Shown: positions 10,377 to 20,056, numbered from the stretch's first letter. The stretch: DNA of 64,000 bases from an uncultured Chloroflexia bacterium (GCA_963773695.1 CAVZCE010000004.1:391476-455475), one strand, 5' to 3'. The notes: generated by a model not told the origin, from the letters alone. A program made the numbers and translations.

Positions 10377-11561
10377 CTAGTCGATGTCCGTCCCCACCGA
10401 GCTGAACTTGTTGCTCCGCAGGCCGTGGACGGTCACCGACGGGCCGGCGAGATAGATGCCGACGTCCTCGTTCGAGATCCGGTTGGCCGAGACGACCACG
10501 GTCGCGGGGTCGACGGCGCTGAAGATCACGATGCCGTTGCGAGCGTATGGGCTGGCCGAATCCGGATCGATGCCGTTGCCGGAGATCCAGTTGGCCACCA
10601 TGACGTTGCCGGACACGTTCTGGCCGGGCGCGTGGGCGTGGATGGCGATCCCCGCCTCACCGTTGTCGCGCAGGACGTTGCCGATGACGTGGTTGTCGTA
10701 GGAGGCTGCGCCGGGGAATGGCGCAAACATCCCCACGCCCGCCCCGCCGTTGCCCTCGGAGAGGTTGTGGATCACGGTGTTGTCGTAGACGCCGCCCAGC
10801 GTCGGGTCGGCGACCGCGTTCGCGTTGTGCGACGGCAGCGTGATGCCGCAGTCCTCCAGGTTGTCACGTGAGACGTTGCCGGCGATCAGGTTGTGCGCGG
10901 CCGGACCGATCTCGTCGGTCACGAGGATACCGCCCACGTTGTTCTCGACGGTGTTCCCCACGAGCCGGGAATACGTGGTGCTCAGCAGGTGCAGCCCCTC
11001 GCCGCAGTCGCCGGGGACGTTGCCCTGCGCCTGGCACTCGAAGGTCTCCGAGGTCCCGAAGCCCTGGTCGTTCTCGCGGATGGTGTTGTCGCGGATCGTG
11101 ACGCGGGTCGTTGCCGCGGCGAGGACTCCCTCACCGATGGCGTTCTCGACAGTGAAGCCGGCGAACGAGCTGCCGGCGGCGCCGGGCCCGAAGAGCAGGA
11201 CGCCGTAGCCGACGATGCCCTGGCCCGCGAGGGGTGCGATGGCACCGGTCTGGCCACTGGCATCGATGACGGCGTCATGGCCGCTGATCGCCAGCCGCTT
11301 GGTGACGTTCACCTGCTCGGCGTAGGTGCCCGCCTCCACGACGATCGCCGAACCGGGAGCGGCGACGTCGATGGCATGCCCGATCGTCCGGCAGGGGGCG
11401 CTCTGGCTGCACGGCCAGGCGTCGTTGCCGGTGGACGCGGAAACGTAGAGGTGGCCGGTCGCGGCCGCCGCGGCGCCGGCGAGGGCGAGCGACGCGCTGA
11501 TGGCCGCGGTCAGCGCGAGACCGGCCAGCCGACCGAGCCGGGACGGGGAAGGATGGGGCAC
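10377..11561 (-). CDS. secreted right-handed parallel beta-helix repeat protein (NosD/pectate-lyase-fold)
   Basis: 394-aa ORF with a signal peptide (LALAGAAAAATG) and repeated N-x-(I/V)-x-x-N beta-helix rungs (GNTVENN, AGNVSRDN, DNTVIHN, IGNVLRDN, SGNVMVAN, SANRISN). Confidence 0.75.
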   Translation of the reverse strand: MPHPSPSRLGRLAGLALTAAISASLALAGAAAAATGHLYVSASTGNDAWPCSQSAPCRTIGHAIDVAAPGSAIVVEAGTYAEQVNVTKRLAISGHDAVIDASGQTGAIAPLAGQGIVGYGVLLFGPGAAGSSFAGFTVENAIGEGVLAAATTRVTIRDNTIRENDQGFGTSETFECQAQGNVPGDCGEGLHLLSTTYSRLVGNTVENNVGGILVTDEIGPAAHNLIAGNVSRDNLEDCGITLPSHNANAVADPTLGGVYDNTVIHNLSEGNGGAGVGMFAPFPGAASYDNHVIGNVLRDNGEAGIAIHAHAPGQNVSGNVMVANWISGNGIDPDSASPYARNGIVIFSAVDPATVVVSANRISNEDVGIYLAGPSVTVHGLRSNKFSSVGTDID

Positions 11562-11832
11562 AGCACAACTCCTCCTGGTGCATGTGTGGACGGGTTGCCG
11601 GCACGAGGCTCGGGCTCGGTCGGCGGCGGCGTGGCACGGGCCGCCTGCATCCGCCCTGGGATCGAGACTCTAGCACCGGAAGCTGTTGCAGGACCACTGT
11701 CTCCGTGCGCGTGCAACGGCACCGGCGCCGGGCGATCCGGGGAAGCGTGTGGCACGGAGTCTGCGCGGTCGCGAGGCGGAACGAACGGGGCGCCGGACCA
11801 GCCGGCGCAGGCACAACGGAAGGGAACAACCC

Positions 11833-12048
11833 ATGGGCCGCATCCTGCTCATCGTCGGTGCGACCGCGGCGGCGGTCGCGGCCGGCGTCATCGTGTACCG
11901 CGCCGTGCAGACGGGTCGCGGCAAAGCCCGCGAGATGCTCCACGCATCTCACCGGAAGGCCGCCGAGATGGAGCGCAGGGTCCACGACACCGACGAGGCG
12001 CTCAAGGATGCCGAGAAGACGCTCGGGGAGCTCGAGCGGGCGGTGTAG
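11833..12048 (+). CDS. small membrane-anchored coiled-coil protein (hypothetical)
   Basis: ATG at 11833 is preceded by GGAAGGGA. The sequence MGRILLIVGATAAAVAAGVIVY forms a TM segment, followed by a charged helix. The longer track ORF (11686..) adds only Arg-rich sequence. Confidence 0.4.
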   Translation: MGRILLIVGATAAAVAAGVIVYRAVQTGRGKAREMLHASHRKAAEMERRVHDTDEALKDAEKTLGELERAV

Positions 12049-12365
12049 GGCGCTGTCTCCGACCTGTCGACCAGCATCCTCGGCATCCATCTCATCGGCA
12101 TGAACCGCGCCGAGGCAAGGCCGTGACGCTCTGAGCCCGGGGCGCGCTCACCGCAGGGACCCGGAACCGGTAGAAGCCCTCAGGGGTCGTCGGCCGCCCC
12201 TTGGCACAGCCGATCGCGTCGGCCATGACCGCCTCCCGCGCCTGTGAGGGTGCGGTCATCGTGGATGATGACGTGCCCCTGACGGTCGAAGACGGCCGAG
12301 GCCCCGTGATCGAGACCCATAGTGAAGCCACTGGTCCCGGTCGTGCCGGATGTCCCGGCGGCGGG

Positions 12366-12884
12366 TCAGCGTCCGGTGGGCCGGCGGAGCGGCCAGGCGG
12401 CGATGATCACGAACGGCCAGAAGACGGCCAGCTCGCGCAGCGCCAGGCGCAGCCACGGTCGCCAGTCCAGCGACTCGGGACCGATGCGCAGCGAATCCAC
12501 CGCCTGCCACGCCAGCCCAAAGCGCCGGGGCGTGAATGGCCAGAAGAGCGCGACGCCACGCCCGGAGGAGCTGAGGAGGTCGGTGAGGCCGTGGCTCATC
12601 AGCGCGGCGCCGACGGCGATCGCGTCCTCCGACCTCGCGCCACCGGCGCGGAGGAGGATCCCGACGGCCGGGCCGACCGCCAGCGCGTGCGCCGCGCCCC
12701 GGTGCGAGGCGGGCTCGTTTCCCGGAGGAACGCCCACCAGGCGTGCCAGCAGATCCGCGTCCGGCGTGGCGGCGGCCACCGCCGCGATCGCCATGCGGCG
12801 CCGCGTGACGGAGGGGCGTTCGCCTCGGGGCGCAAGCATGCGGGCGATCGCCGCGCCCACCGCGAGGTGTCCAATCGTCGCCAT
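12366..12884 (-). CDS. membrane-bound metal-dependent hydrolase (YdjM/DUF457-like)
   Basis: 172-aa ORF with N-terminal GHLAVGAA, conserved His residues (SHRGAAH, SHGLTD) and the hydrophobic tail FWPF...FWPFVIIAAWP. Confidence 0.55.
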   Translation of the reverse strand: MATIGHLAVGAAIARMLAPRGERPSVTRRRMAIAAVAAATPDADLLARLVGVPPGNEPASHRGAAHALAVGPAVGILLRAGGARSEDAIAVGAALMSHGLTDLLSSSGRGVALFWPFTPRRFGLAWQAVDSLRIGPESLDWRPWLRLALRELAVFWPFVIIAAWPLRRPTGR

Positions 12885-12939
12885 CGGTCTTCGAAGACTA
12901 CCGGGACTTCGCGCCGCGTGCCCGCGCTATGCTCCGCGG

Positions 12940-13708
12940 ATGATCGATGTGTGCATCGCCGGGATCACCGGCTGGGTCGGGGATCCGCTCGCGCGGGCGG
13001 TGCACGAGGCGGACGACCTCCGGCTCGTCGCGGGCGTGGCACGCCGCGCCGGCGGGTCGACGGTCCTGGGCGCACCGGTCAGCGCCTCCATCCACGACGC
13101 CCTGACGACGCCGTTCGACGTCCTCGTCGACTACACCGCGGCGGACGCGGCGAAGCGACACGCACTGGCGGCCGCGGAGGCGGGTCGCCACGTCGTCATC
13201 GGCAGCTCCGGCCTGACGACCGAGGACTTCGGGGAGATCGACCGCGTGGCGCGCGCCCGAAACGTGGGCGTCCTGGCAGTGGGCAACTTCGCCATCACCG
13301 CGGCCCTGCTCGACCGGTTCGCGGTCGAGGCCGCGCGGCACCTTCCGACCTGGGAGATCATCGACAGCGCTTCTGCCGGCAAGATGGATGCGCCCAGCGG
13401 CATGGCCCGCCAGCTTGCCTGGCGGCTCTCGCGGGTTCGGGCCCCGGAGACGGAGATCCCCGTGGAGGAGACGGTGGGCGATCCGGCCACGCGCGGCGCG
13501 GAGATCGAAGGCTCCCGCGTCCACTCGGTGCGGCTGCCGGGCTACACCATCGGCCTCGAGGTGCGCTTCGGGATGGCGGACGAGCGCCTCACGATCAGCT
13601 ACGACGGCGGGCCGGGCGCAGGCCCGTACGTCGCGGGCACCCTGCTCGCCATCCGTCGCGTCTCCGGGCTCGTGGGGCGTGGTGCGCGGGCTGGACGCGA
13701 TCCTGTAG
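12940..13708 (+). CDS. dapB: 4-hydroxy-tetrahydrodipicolinate reductase, interrupted by one apparent frameshift near 13674-13677
   Basis: MIDVCIAGITGWVGDPLARAV...VIGSSGLT...EIIDSASAGKMDAPSGMA...GSRVHSVRLPGYTIGLEVRFG...YVAGTLLAIRRVSGLVG. The expected C-terminus VVRGLDAIL-stop is in the +1 frame (track ORF ending 13708). As written, the frame instead runs on into the repeat array to 13881. Confidence 0.8.
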
Positions 13709-13735
13709 CCGGCCGCTCTGCCCGCTCGCCCTTGG

Positions 13736-14159
13736 CCTGCCGGTTGATCCTCTCCGACTCGTCACCTGCGGATCACCGCAGCACTACGCGGCTCGGACGC
13801 CATGGGTGCGGCGAGACCGGGCCCCGGCTGAGCGTGGGCCAGGCCGATGCCGACGCCTCCACGCCCCGCCGAGCCGCTTAGCGCTGATCACGTCCGCGCC
13901 TGACGAGTCGCAGGGGGGCGCCCCTCGGAGCCGCTTAGCGCTGATCACGTCCGCGCCTGACGAGTCGCAGGGGGCCGCCTGCCCGTCGATCCTCTCCGAC
14001 TCGTCACCTGCGGATCACCGCAGCACTACGCGGGTCGGACGCCATGGGTGCGGCGAGACCGGGCCCCGGCTGAGCGTGGGCCAGGCCGATGCCGACGCCT
14101 CCGCGCACCGCCTGGCCGCTTAGCGCTGATCACATCCGCGCCTGACGAGTCGCAGGGGG
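13736..14159. repeat. composite tandem intergenic repeat, organisation A-B-B-A-B (A about 135 nt, B about 45 nt)
   Basis: A copies start near 13736 and 13977 (period about 241 nt, few mismatches). B copies (GCCGCTTAGCGCTGATCAC(G/A)TCCGCGCCTGACGAGTCGCAGGGGG) lie at 13871-13917, 13928-13974 and 14114-14159. The A head CGACTCGTCA is the reverse complement of the B tail TGACGAGTCG. There is an internal hairpin CTGCGG-ATCA-CCGCAG. Confidence 0.85.
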
Positions 14160-14259
14160 CGGAGGCGGGGCGCTCGGAGGGCGGGCAGCCAGGATCCTCG
14201 CCAGGATTCGCCGCGCGCTCGGACGCTGAGAAGTCGCGCCGCGGACGCCTGGACCGTGC

Positions 14260-16548
14260 TCAGGCGGGCCCCTCGGCATCGGCGGCCTCGGCCGGGTCGC
14301 GGGAGAGGTGCGACGGCCACCAGTTGGCCCGGCCCAGCAGCACGACCAGCGACGGGACGAGCAACGACCGGAGCAGGAAGGTGTCCATGAGGACGCCGGC
14401 CGCCACCCCGTAGCCGATCTGCTGGATCTGGCCGCCGCCGGCCGAGCTGCCGGCAATGGCCAGCACCGCGAATGTGCCCCCCAGGATGACCCCGGCGGTG
14501 GTGATGGTGCTGCCCGTCCGTCCGACCGCTCGCGCCACCGCATCCCGCAGCGGGAGGTGGTGCGCCTCCTCCCGGATGCGGCTCATGATCAGGATGTTGT
14601 AGTCGGACCCCAGGGCCATGAGGAACACGAACATCAGGAACGGGAGGATGAAGTTGATCCCGTCCTGGCCGCCCAGGTGGACGAAGACGAGCCCCACCAA
14701 TCCCAGCGCGGCCGCATACGAGAGGACGATGCTGGCGACCAGGTAGAGCGGGGCCACCAGGCTGCGCAGCACCATCGCCAGCAGGAGCGCGATGAGGACC
14801 GCCACGATGGGGATGATGTGCTGGAGGTCCGTGCCGGAGATGCGCGCCACATCGGCCGCGAACTCCACCTGGCCAAAGACCCCTGAGGCGGTGGCACCGG
14901 CCGACCGGGCCACGCGGGCGACATCGGCCCGCATGGACGGCACGGAGTCGAGCACGGCGGGCGACGACGCGTCGCCGTTGGCGAAGACCGCCGAGAACTG
15001 GACCGTCCGGCCGTCCGGGCTGATGAACTGGCCAAGACCCCGGTACGCGTTGTAGAGCTGGGGCGCGACGGTGCTCGATGCGGGCGGCTCCGGCGGGAGC
15101 TGCCGCGGTGGACCCAGCGCACCGTGCAGCTGCGTCAGCTGGTCGACCGTGAGCGGGATGCCGTTGGGGTTGAGCGGTCCCACCAGGCCGCTGAACTCCG
15201 ACAGTCCCGCCAGCCCGGTCTGCGCCGGCTCCAGCACGGACGGGTCATCCCAGACCGATGCCGGATACTCGAGCAGAATCGCGCTGCGACCGGCGACCGA
15301 TGACGGGAAGTGGGCCGCCACGATCGCCTCGCCGGCCGCGGAATCTGTGCCCTTGGGGCTGGACGAGACGTCGCCGAAGCCCGCGACGCCGGTGGTCAGC
15401 AGGATGGCCCCCAGGCCGCCGAACAGGACGAGCCCCGCGGCAAGCGTGATGCCCGGCCGGTGGGTGGCGATGACGCCCACTCGATCCCAGACGCCTGCCC
15501 GATGCTCCCGCGCCGACGTGCTGGTCGGCCAGAAGACCGCGCGGCCGAAGATGGCCAGCAGGGCGGGGAGCAGCGTCAGACCGGCCAGCAGCATGAGGGC
15601 GATCCCGATGGCCAGGGCCGGGCCAAGGCTCTGGTAGAAGGCGAACTGCGCGATCACCAGGCTGACGAGGGCGGCGATGACGGTGAGCGCGGAGAAGGTG
15701 ATGGACTCGCCGACGCGGCTGACGGATCGGATCACCGCGTCGGACGGCGTCAGGCCACGCCGGAGCTCCTCGCGGACGCGGAAGACGAGGAAGACGCCGT
15801 AATCGGTCCCGGCCCCCAGGATGAGCACGATCAGCAGCAGCTGGGTGATGGAGGAGACCTGCACCCCGAGCTTGGTCGATTCGGCGATCACCGGGCCGGA
15901 GAGGACCAGCACGAAGGCTGCCGGCACGAGCGTGACGACGGGGGCCAGCAAGGCCCGGAACGCCAGCAGCAGCAGCACGACGATGAAGAGGAGGGAGAGC
16001 TGCTGGGTCGCGTCCTGCGATGACCCGGAGGCGGCCACGGTGTCGACCTGCGTGGCGAGCTGCCCGGTGAGATGGATGGCGAGCCCGGCCGGGGCGTCGA
16101 CCGTGCCGAAGGTGGCACGGATGGCCTCCACGACGCCTTTGGCCTCCGGTCCGGCGCTGAAGGCAACCACGTTGGCCTCGATGAGCGCCTCGCGGGCCGC
16201 CCCGTCGCGCGAGACGCCGACATCGGTGACGAGCTTCACCCGGTCGACCGCGCGGATCGCCGTCTCGAGCCGGTCAACGGCCGCGTTGTCCGCCGCCGTG
16301 AGGCCGCCCTCCCGCGCCGCCACCAGGGTCGCGGCCCCGAACGACGAGCTCTGGAACGGCGCGGCCATGGCGGCGGCCTGCATGCTCGGCGAGTCGGCGG
16401 GCAGGAACCCGCTGGTCGTGTCCTTGGCGACGTCGCCGAGTGCCGGCAGGAACCGGACGGCCAGCACGGTCGCCACGATCCAGGCCACGACGATGAGGAA
16501 CCGGAACCGTACGGAGAACCGGCCGAGGCCGAGGAAGAGCCGGCTCAT
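14260..16548 (-). CDS. MMPL-family (RND superfamily) membrane transporter
   Basis: 762-aa ORF with a duplicated 6-TM plus periplasmic-domain architecture. The N-terminus MSRLFLGLGRFSVRFRFLIVVAWIV..., GTDYGVFLVFRVREEL and GSDYNILIMSRIREE are characteristic MMPL motifs. Confidence 0.9.
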   Translation of the reverse strand: MSRLFLGLGRFSVRFRFLIVVAWIVATVLAVRFLPALGDVAKDTTSGFLPADSPSMQAAAMAAPFQSSSFGAATLVAAREGGLTAADNAAVDRLETAIRAVDRVKLVTDVGVSRDGAAREALIEANVVAFSAGPEAKGVVEAIRATFGTVDAPAGLAIHLTGQLATQVDTVAASGSSQDATQQLSLLFIVVLLLLAFRALLAPVVTLVPAAFVLVLSGPVIAESTKLGVQVSSITQLLLIVLILGAGTDYGVFLVFRVREELRRGLTPSDAVIRSVSRVGESITFSALTVIAALVSLVIAQFAFYQSLGPALAIGIALMLLAGLTLLPALLAIFGRAVFWPTSTSAREHRAGVWDRVGVIATHRPGITLAAGLVLFGGLGAILLTTGVAGFGDVSSSPKGTDSAAGEAIVAAHFPSSVAGRSAILLEYPASVWDDPSVLEPAQTGLAGLSEFSGLVGPLNPNGIPLTVDQLTQLHGALGPPRQLPPEPPASSTVAPQLYNAYRGLGQFISPDGRTVQFSAVFANGDASSPAVLDSVPSMRADVARVARSAGATASGVFGQVEFAADVARISGTDLQHIIPIVAVLIALLLAMVLRSLVAPLYLVASIVLSYAAALGLVGLVFVHLGGQDGINFILPFLMFVFLMALGSDYNILIMSRIREEAHHLPLRDAVARAVGRTGSTITTAGVILGGTFAVLAIAGSSAGGGQIQQIGYGVAAGVLMDTFLLRSLLVPSLVVLLGRANWWPSHLSRDPAEAADAEGPA

Positions 16549-16766
16549 GCGATGAGCCGCCTCATGCCGGGGATGGCCTCATGCGAGGAACGGACCGATG
16601 GTGACCGATGGTGCGGCTTCGACGATCCGGTGCCGGTTGCGCCCGGCATCGGTCTGCGGCGGCCGTGGGTGCTCGGCAGCGGCCGTGGGGATGCTCACCG
16701 GCGGATGCTACCTGAAACCGGATCAGCGTCTCTCCGGCCGGGATCCGGAAGCTGGAGACGCCGGTG

Positions 16767-19140
16767 TCACTCGGTCGCCACCGTCACCTGGTAGTTCCGT
16801 CCCTCCCAGCGGCCGTCGCCGATCCAGAAGAAGGTGAAGCGCAGCGGACTGGCCTGCCCCCGCGCGACGGGCAGATCGACGTAGCTGATGTCCAGCGTCG
16901 TCGTCGTCGCCATGGTCTCGTGGTGGCTGACCCATTCATCGACCGTCCAGGTCAACCGGAACGGGGCTGGAGCCTGGACGCGGAGGGTGTCACCGGCCCG
17001 AACCGTCCGCACCTGGCGGTTGGGCTTCCAGATCTCGAGCCGATCCGCCGCTGGTCGCGGGTAGCGCTCCGCCACTTCCGGCACGAGGTCGAAGACCCTG
17101 CCGTCGGCCGTCGAGCGCAGCAGCTTGAGGTACTCGGCATGAGCCCACATGAGGGGCATCGCCGAACCGGTCGGTCCTCCGCGGTGCAGGTTCAGGTCGG
17201 GCAGATCGGCGCTGTCCCAGACCTGCTCGGGCAGCAGGCCGGCACCGTGCGCAAATGCCTCGAGGGTGTGCAGGAACGGGGCAGCGGGACGGCCGGCCGC
17301 GAGCTCGTAGTGTCCGCGTTCGCCTGCGAGCAGCGGCCATGCGCGACCGCGCCCCCAGCCGACGAAGGGGCCGCCGTCGTCGCGCTGGCCGTAGCCGTCG
17401 TGGTTGTACCGGCGCCATGCCGCTCCATGCGGCGTCTCGACCCGGAGCACGGCATCGACCACGTCGCAGCGAGTCCTCCATGAGCGTGGAGCCGGCGGCA
17501 CGGATCCCATAGCGAACCAGCTCCAGGAACCCGGCATCCACGACCTGGTTGGCCGGGAACTCGACCTGGGAGCCGGGCGGTCGATTGGCGATGCTCAGCA
17601 TGCCGTGGTCGGGATTCTCGTCTGGAGCAAGGTCGTCCATCGACACCGGGAGGATGCGGATGTAGTGGCGCGAGACGTCCGGCCGCAATGATCCCTGCGT
17701 CGTGACCGTCCACGCCTCGACGTGCGCCTCGAGAAAATCGGCGTACTCCTGCAGGAAATCGGCGGTCGCGGGATCGTTGCGTTCCCGCACGAAGGCCGCC
17801 GCGCAGGTCAGCGCCGCAATGCTCGATGCAAGGGTGGACGGTGAGTAGCCGCTTGCCTCCTCCCAGCGCTCCTGCCGCGTGGCCGGGCCGTTGCGCACCA
17901 GGAACGCGGCCGCGGCGCGCACCATCGGATAGGGATCGAACTGCTCGAGCGCACGCAGGCGGTGCAGACGACGGGCGAGCAGGATGGGGAAGGCGACCTC
18001 ATCGAGCTGGATGCCCTGCCAGTACGGCTCACCGTTGATCCAGAAGTTCTGGTAGAACCCGCCGTCCGGGCGCTGGGTGACCGAGAGGTAGATGAGTGCC
18101 CGCAGCGCCGTTTCGGTGTGCCCGGCGGCGAGCAGCCCCGTGGCGCTGTTGACCATGTCCCGCGTCCACACCAGGTGGTATCCACCCAGGTCCTCATCAC
18201 CGCGCGCGTCCCCCCACGGAATGCTCAGCGAGGCGATCAGGGCGCCGCGGTACAGCTTGTCCTCGTGGGCCAGCAGCAGGGACTGGCTGAGATGCGCCAG
18301 TCGCCCGCCATCGCCGGCGGCCGCGTGCATCGACGGCGGCTCGCTGCAGGCGTCGGACCATTGGCCGATGAACCGCTCTCGCAGTGAGCCGTAGTCCCTG
18401 CCCAGGACCTGCCCCAGCACCGCCAGCGCACCGGCGCGCGATTCCGAGAAGGTGACCGCGACGGTGAAGGGCTCGCCCGGAGTGGCACCGATCTTCGCAA
18501 CGAAGGCGATGTTGCCGTCGGTCGCGCGATCGAAGGACCAGTCAAGCGCGAGGTTGTCGGCCAGGTCCTGCCAGCCGTCGTTGACCCCGACGAATCCGAC
18601 CGATGGATGGACCAGGGGGACCGAGGCTCCCAGGGCCAGGCATGTTGTGCCCTTGTTCGCCAGGAAGACCGGATTCCCTCGCGTCGGCATGATCTCGCCG
18701 CTGTTCCCCCAGCCACCGACCTCGAGGTGGGGTGCGCACAGAAGGTAGAGGCGCAGCTCCTCCTGGGGGCGCGCGGTCTCGAGGGTGACGCGCAGCAGGA
18801 GCGCAGACTGGTCGGGATCGGTGATGACCTCCTTGACCAGTCGGTAGCGCTCGTCCGGGGGCGTACCGACGACCCGGTAGCCGAGGGCATGCGGGGCGAG
18901 CGGCTCAATCGTCGACTCCAGGTCCCGGGTTTCCTGGTGGACGAACGTCGCCCCGTCGCTCACCAGGAACTGCAGGTCTCGAAGCTGGGGGCGGTCAATC
19001 GTGGGCCAGTAGACTTCGCTGACCGCGCCGCGCGTGATCGTGTACCACAGGTGGCTTGCCGCGGAACGCGCGGTCCCCACGGCATCCTTTGCCCCGCCTG
19101 TCCAGCGTGGATCCCGGCCCGGCCCACCCGGCGCTTCCAT
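16767..19140 (-). CDS. glycoside hydrolase family 15 glucoamylase/glucodextranase, one apparent frameshift near 17462
   Basis: The N-terminal and catalytic part lies in track ORF 16990..19140 (GYHLVWTRDMV, ERWEEASGYSPSTLAS, ...ELVRYGIRAAGSTLMEDSL). The continuation VVDAVLRVETPHGAAWRRYNHDGYGQ...GRAWPLLAGERGHYELAAG...LLPEQVWD...GSAMPLMWAHAEYLKLLRS is in ORF 16767..17537. Confidence 0.85.
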
Positions 19141-19238
19141 GGTCTGACCTTCGATCTCCTGGTGGGGAGGAGGCTACACGAATCGGCCGCGGATCAGCGT
19201 CGTCTGAGCGTTGGCACCGACCCGCGGCTCGAGCCGGG

Positions 19239-19991
19239 TTACGAGGTGCCCTCGGGCGGCCGGGATGCGTCGCGGCCACGCTCAAGCATCCGTTCCAGGC
19301 CGAACGTGATCAGGTCCACCGTGTCCCGCCACCATCGGTCCGGGGGGCTGAGCCACACCTCGGCCGTATCCTCCGCGCTTTCGACCAGGTTGGGGAACTC
19401 GTCGCGGCTCAGGCTCATCTGGGCGAGCGCGAACTGCCGTCGGAACAGGTCCAGCTGGCGGGCGTCGAGCGGCACGGGCGCGCCCTGGCGGAGGAGCAGC
19501 AGGTACCCGGCGAGGAGGTTGGAGAGCATGCGGATCAGGACGATCGCGTCGCGCCGCCCGAATCCCGCGTCGAGCAGGACCGCCAGGAGGTCCTCGAGGA
19601 ACTTCCAGAACGCAGGAGGGCCGTCGCCGTTGTAGGCGATCATGAGGGGGAGGGCGAGCGGACGCGCCTCGATCTGCTCCTTGTAGCTGTCGATCGCCAG
19701 GCGCATTCGCTGGGTCCAGGTCATGTCCGGCCGGAATCGGACCGTGGAGTCGAACCCCTCGAGGAGGGCCTCGGTCATGGCGTTGATGAGGTCCTGCTTG
19801 TCGCGAACGTGGCGGTAGAGGGCCATGGGCGTGACCCCGAGGTCCTGCGCCAGGCGCCGCAGGCTGACCGCCTCGAGGCCTTCGGCGGTGCCGATCTCGA
19901 GCGCACGTGCCACGACGGCCTCACGCGTCAGGCCCGGCCTGCCTCGCGCCTGCTCGTGCTCAGTGGCGTCCACCTGGTTCATGCTTGACAA
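19239..19991 (-). CDS. TetR/AcrR-family transcriptional regulator
   Basis: 250-aa ORF. The N-terminal HTH is GLEAVSLRRLAQDLGVTPMALYRHVRDKQDL. Confidence 0.9.
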   Translation of the reverse strand: MSSMNQVDATEHEQARGRPGLTREAVVARALEIGTAEGLEAVSLRRLAQDLGVTPMALYRHVRDKQDLINAMTEALLEGFDSTVRFRPDMTWTQRMRLAIDSYKEQIEARPLALPLMIAYNGDGPPAFWKFLEDLLAVLLDAGFGRRDAIVLIRMLSNLLAGYLLLLRQGAPVPLDARQLDLFRRQFALAQMSLSRDEFPNLVESAEDTAEVWLSPPDRWWRDTVDLITFGLERMLERGRDASRPPEGTS

Positions 19992-20028
19992 GTATACGCT
20001 GCATACCTAGACTGCCGGCAGCAGTCTA
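19985..20028 (+). promoter_or_regulatory. sigma-70-like promoter TTGACA-17 nt-TAGACT, overlapped by the inverted repeat TAGACTGC-N5-GCAGTCTA (candidate TetR operator)
   Basis: TTGACA is at 19985-19990 and TAGACT at 20008-20013. Perfect 8-bp arms lie at 20008-20015 and 20021-20028. All fall in the 65-nt divergent region between the TetR gene and the ABC operon. Confidence 0.45.
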
Positions 20029-20056
20029 CACCGTATGCTGACGGAGTACACATCTC

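Noticed and set aside
12090-12320. Short minus-strand ORF from ATG 12320 (MGLDHGASAVFDRQGHVIIHDDRTLT...) that seems to continue in a second frame (QAREAVMADAIGCAKGRPTTPEGFYRFRVPAV).
   Set aside because: Each piece is shorter than 50 aa and I recognised no family. It could be another frameshifted remnant or noise.
13871-14159. Possible hammerhead ribozyme, because every B module contains CUGACGA, which matches the CUGANGA core.
   Set aside because: After the putative stem II there is no GAAA element and no suitably placed cleavage triplet or stem III. The match is limited to 7 nt.
13736-14159. Possible CRISPR array, given the regularly spaced 45-nt repeats.
   Set aside because: There are only three B copies with unequal spacing (11 nt and about 140 nt). 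The long 'spacer' is itself duplicated (the A unit). No cas genes or leader are present in the window.
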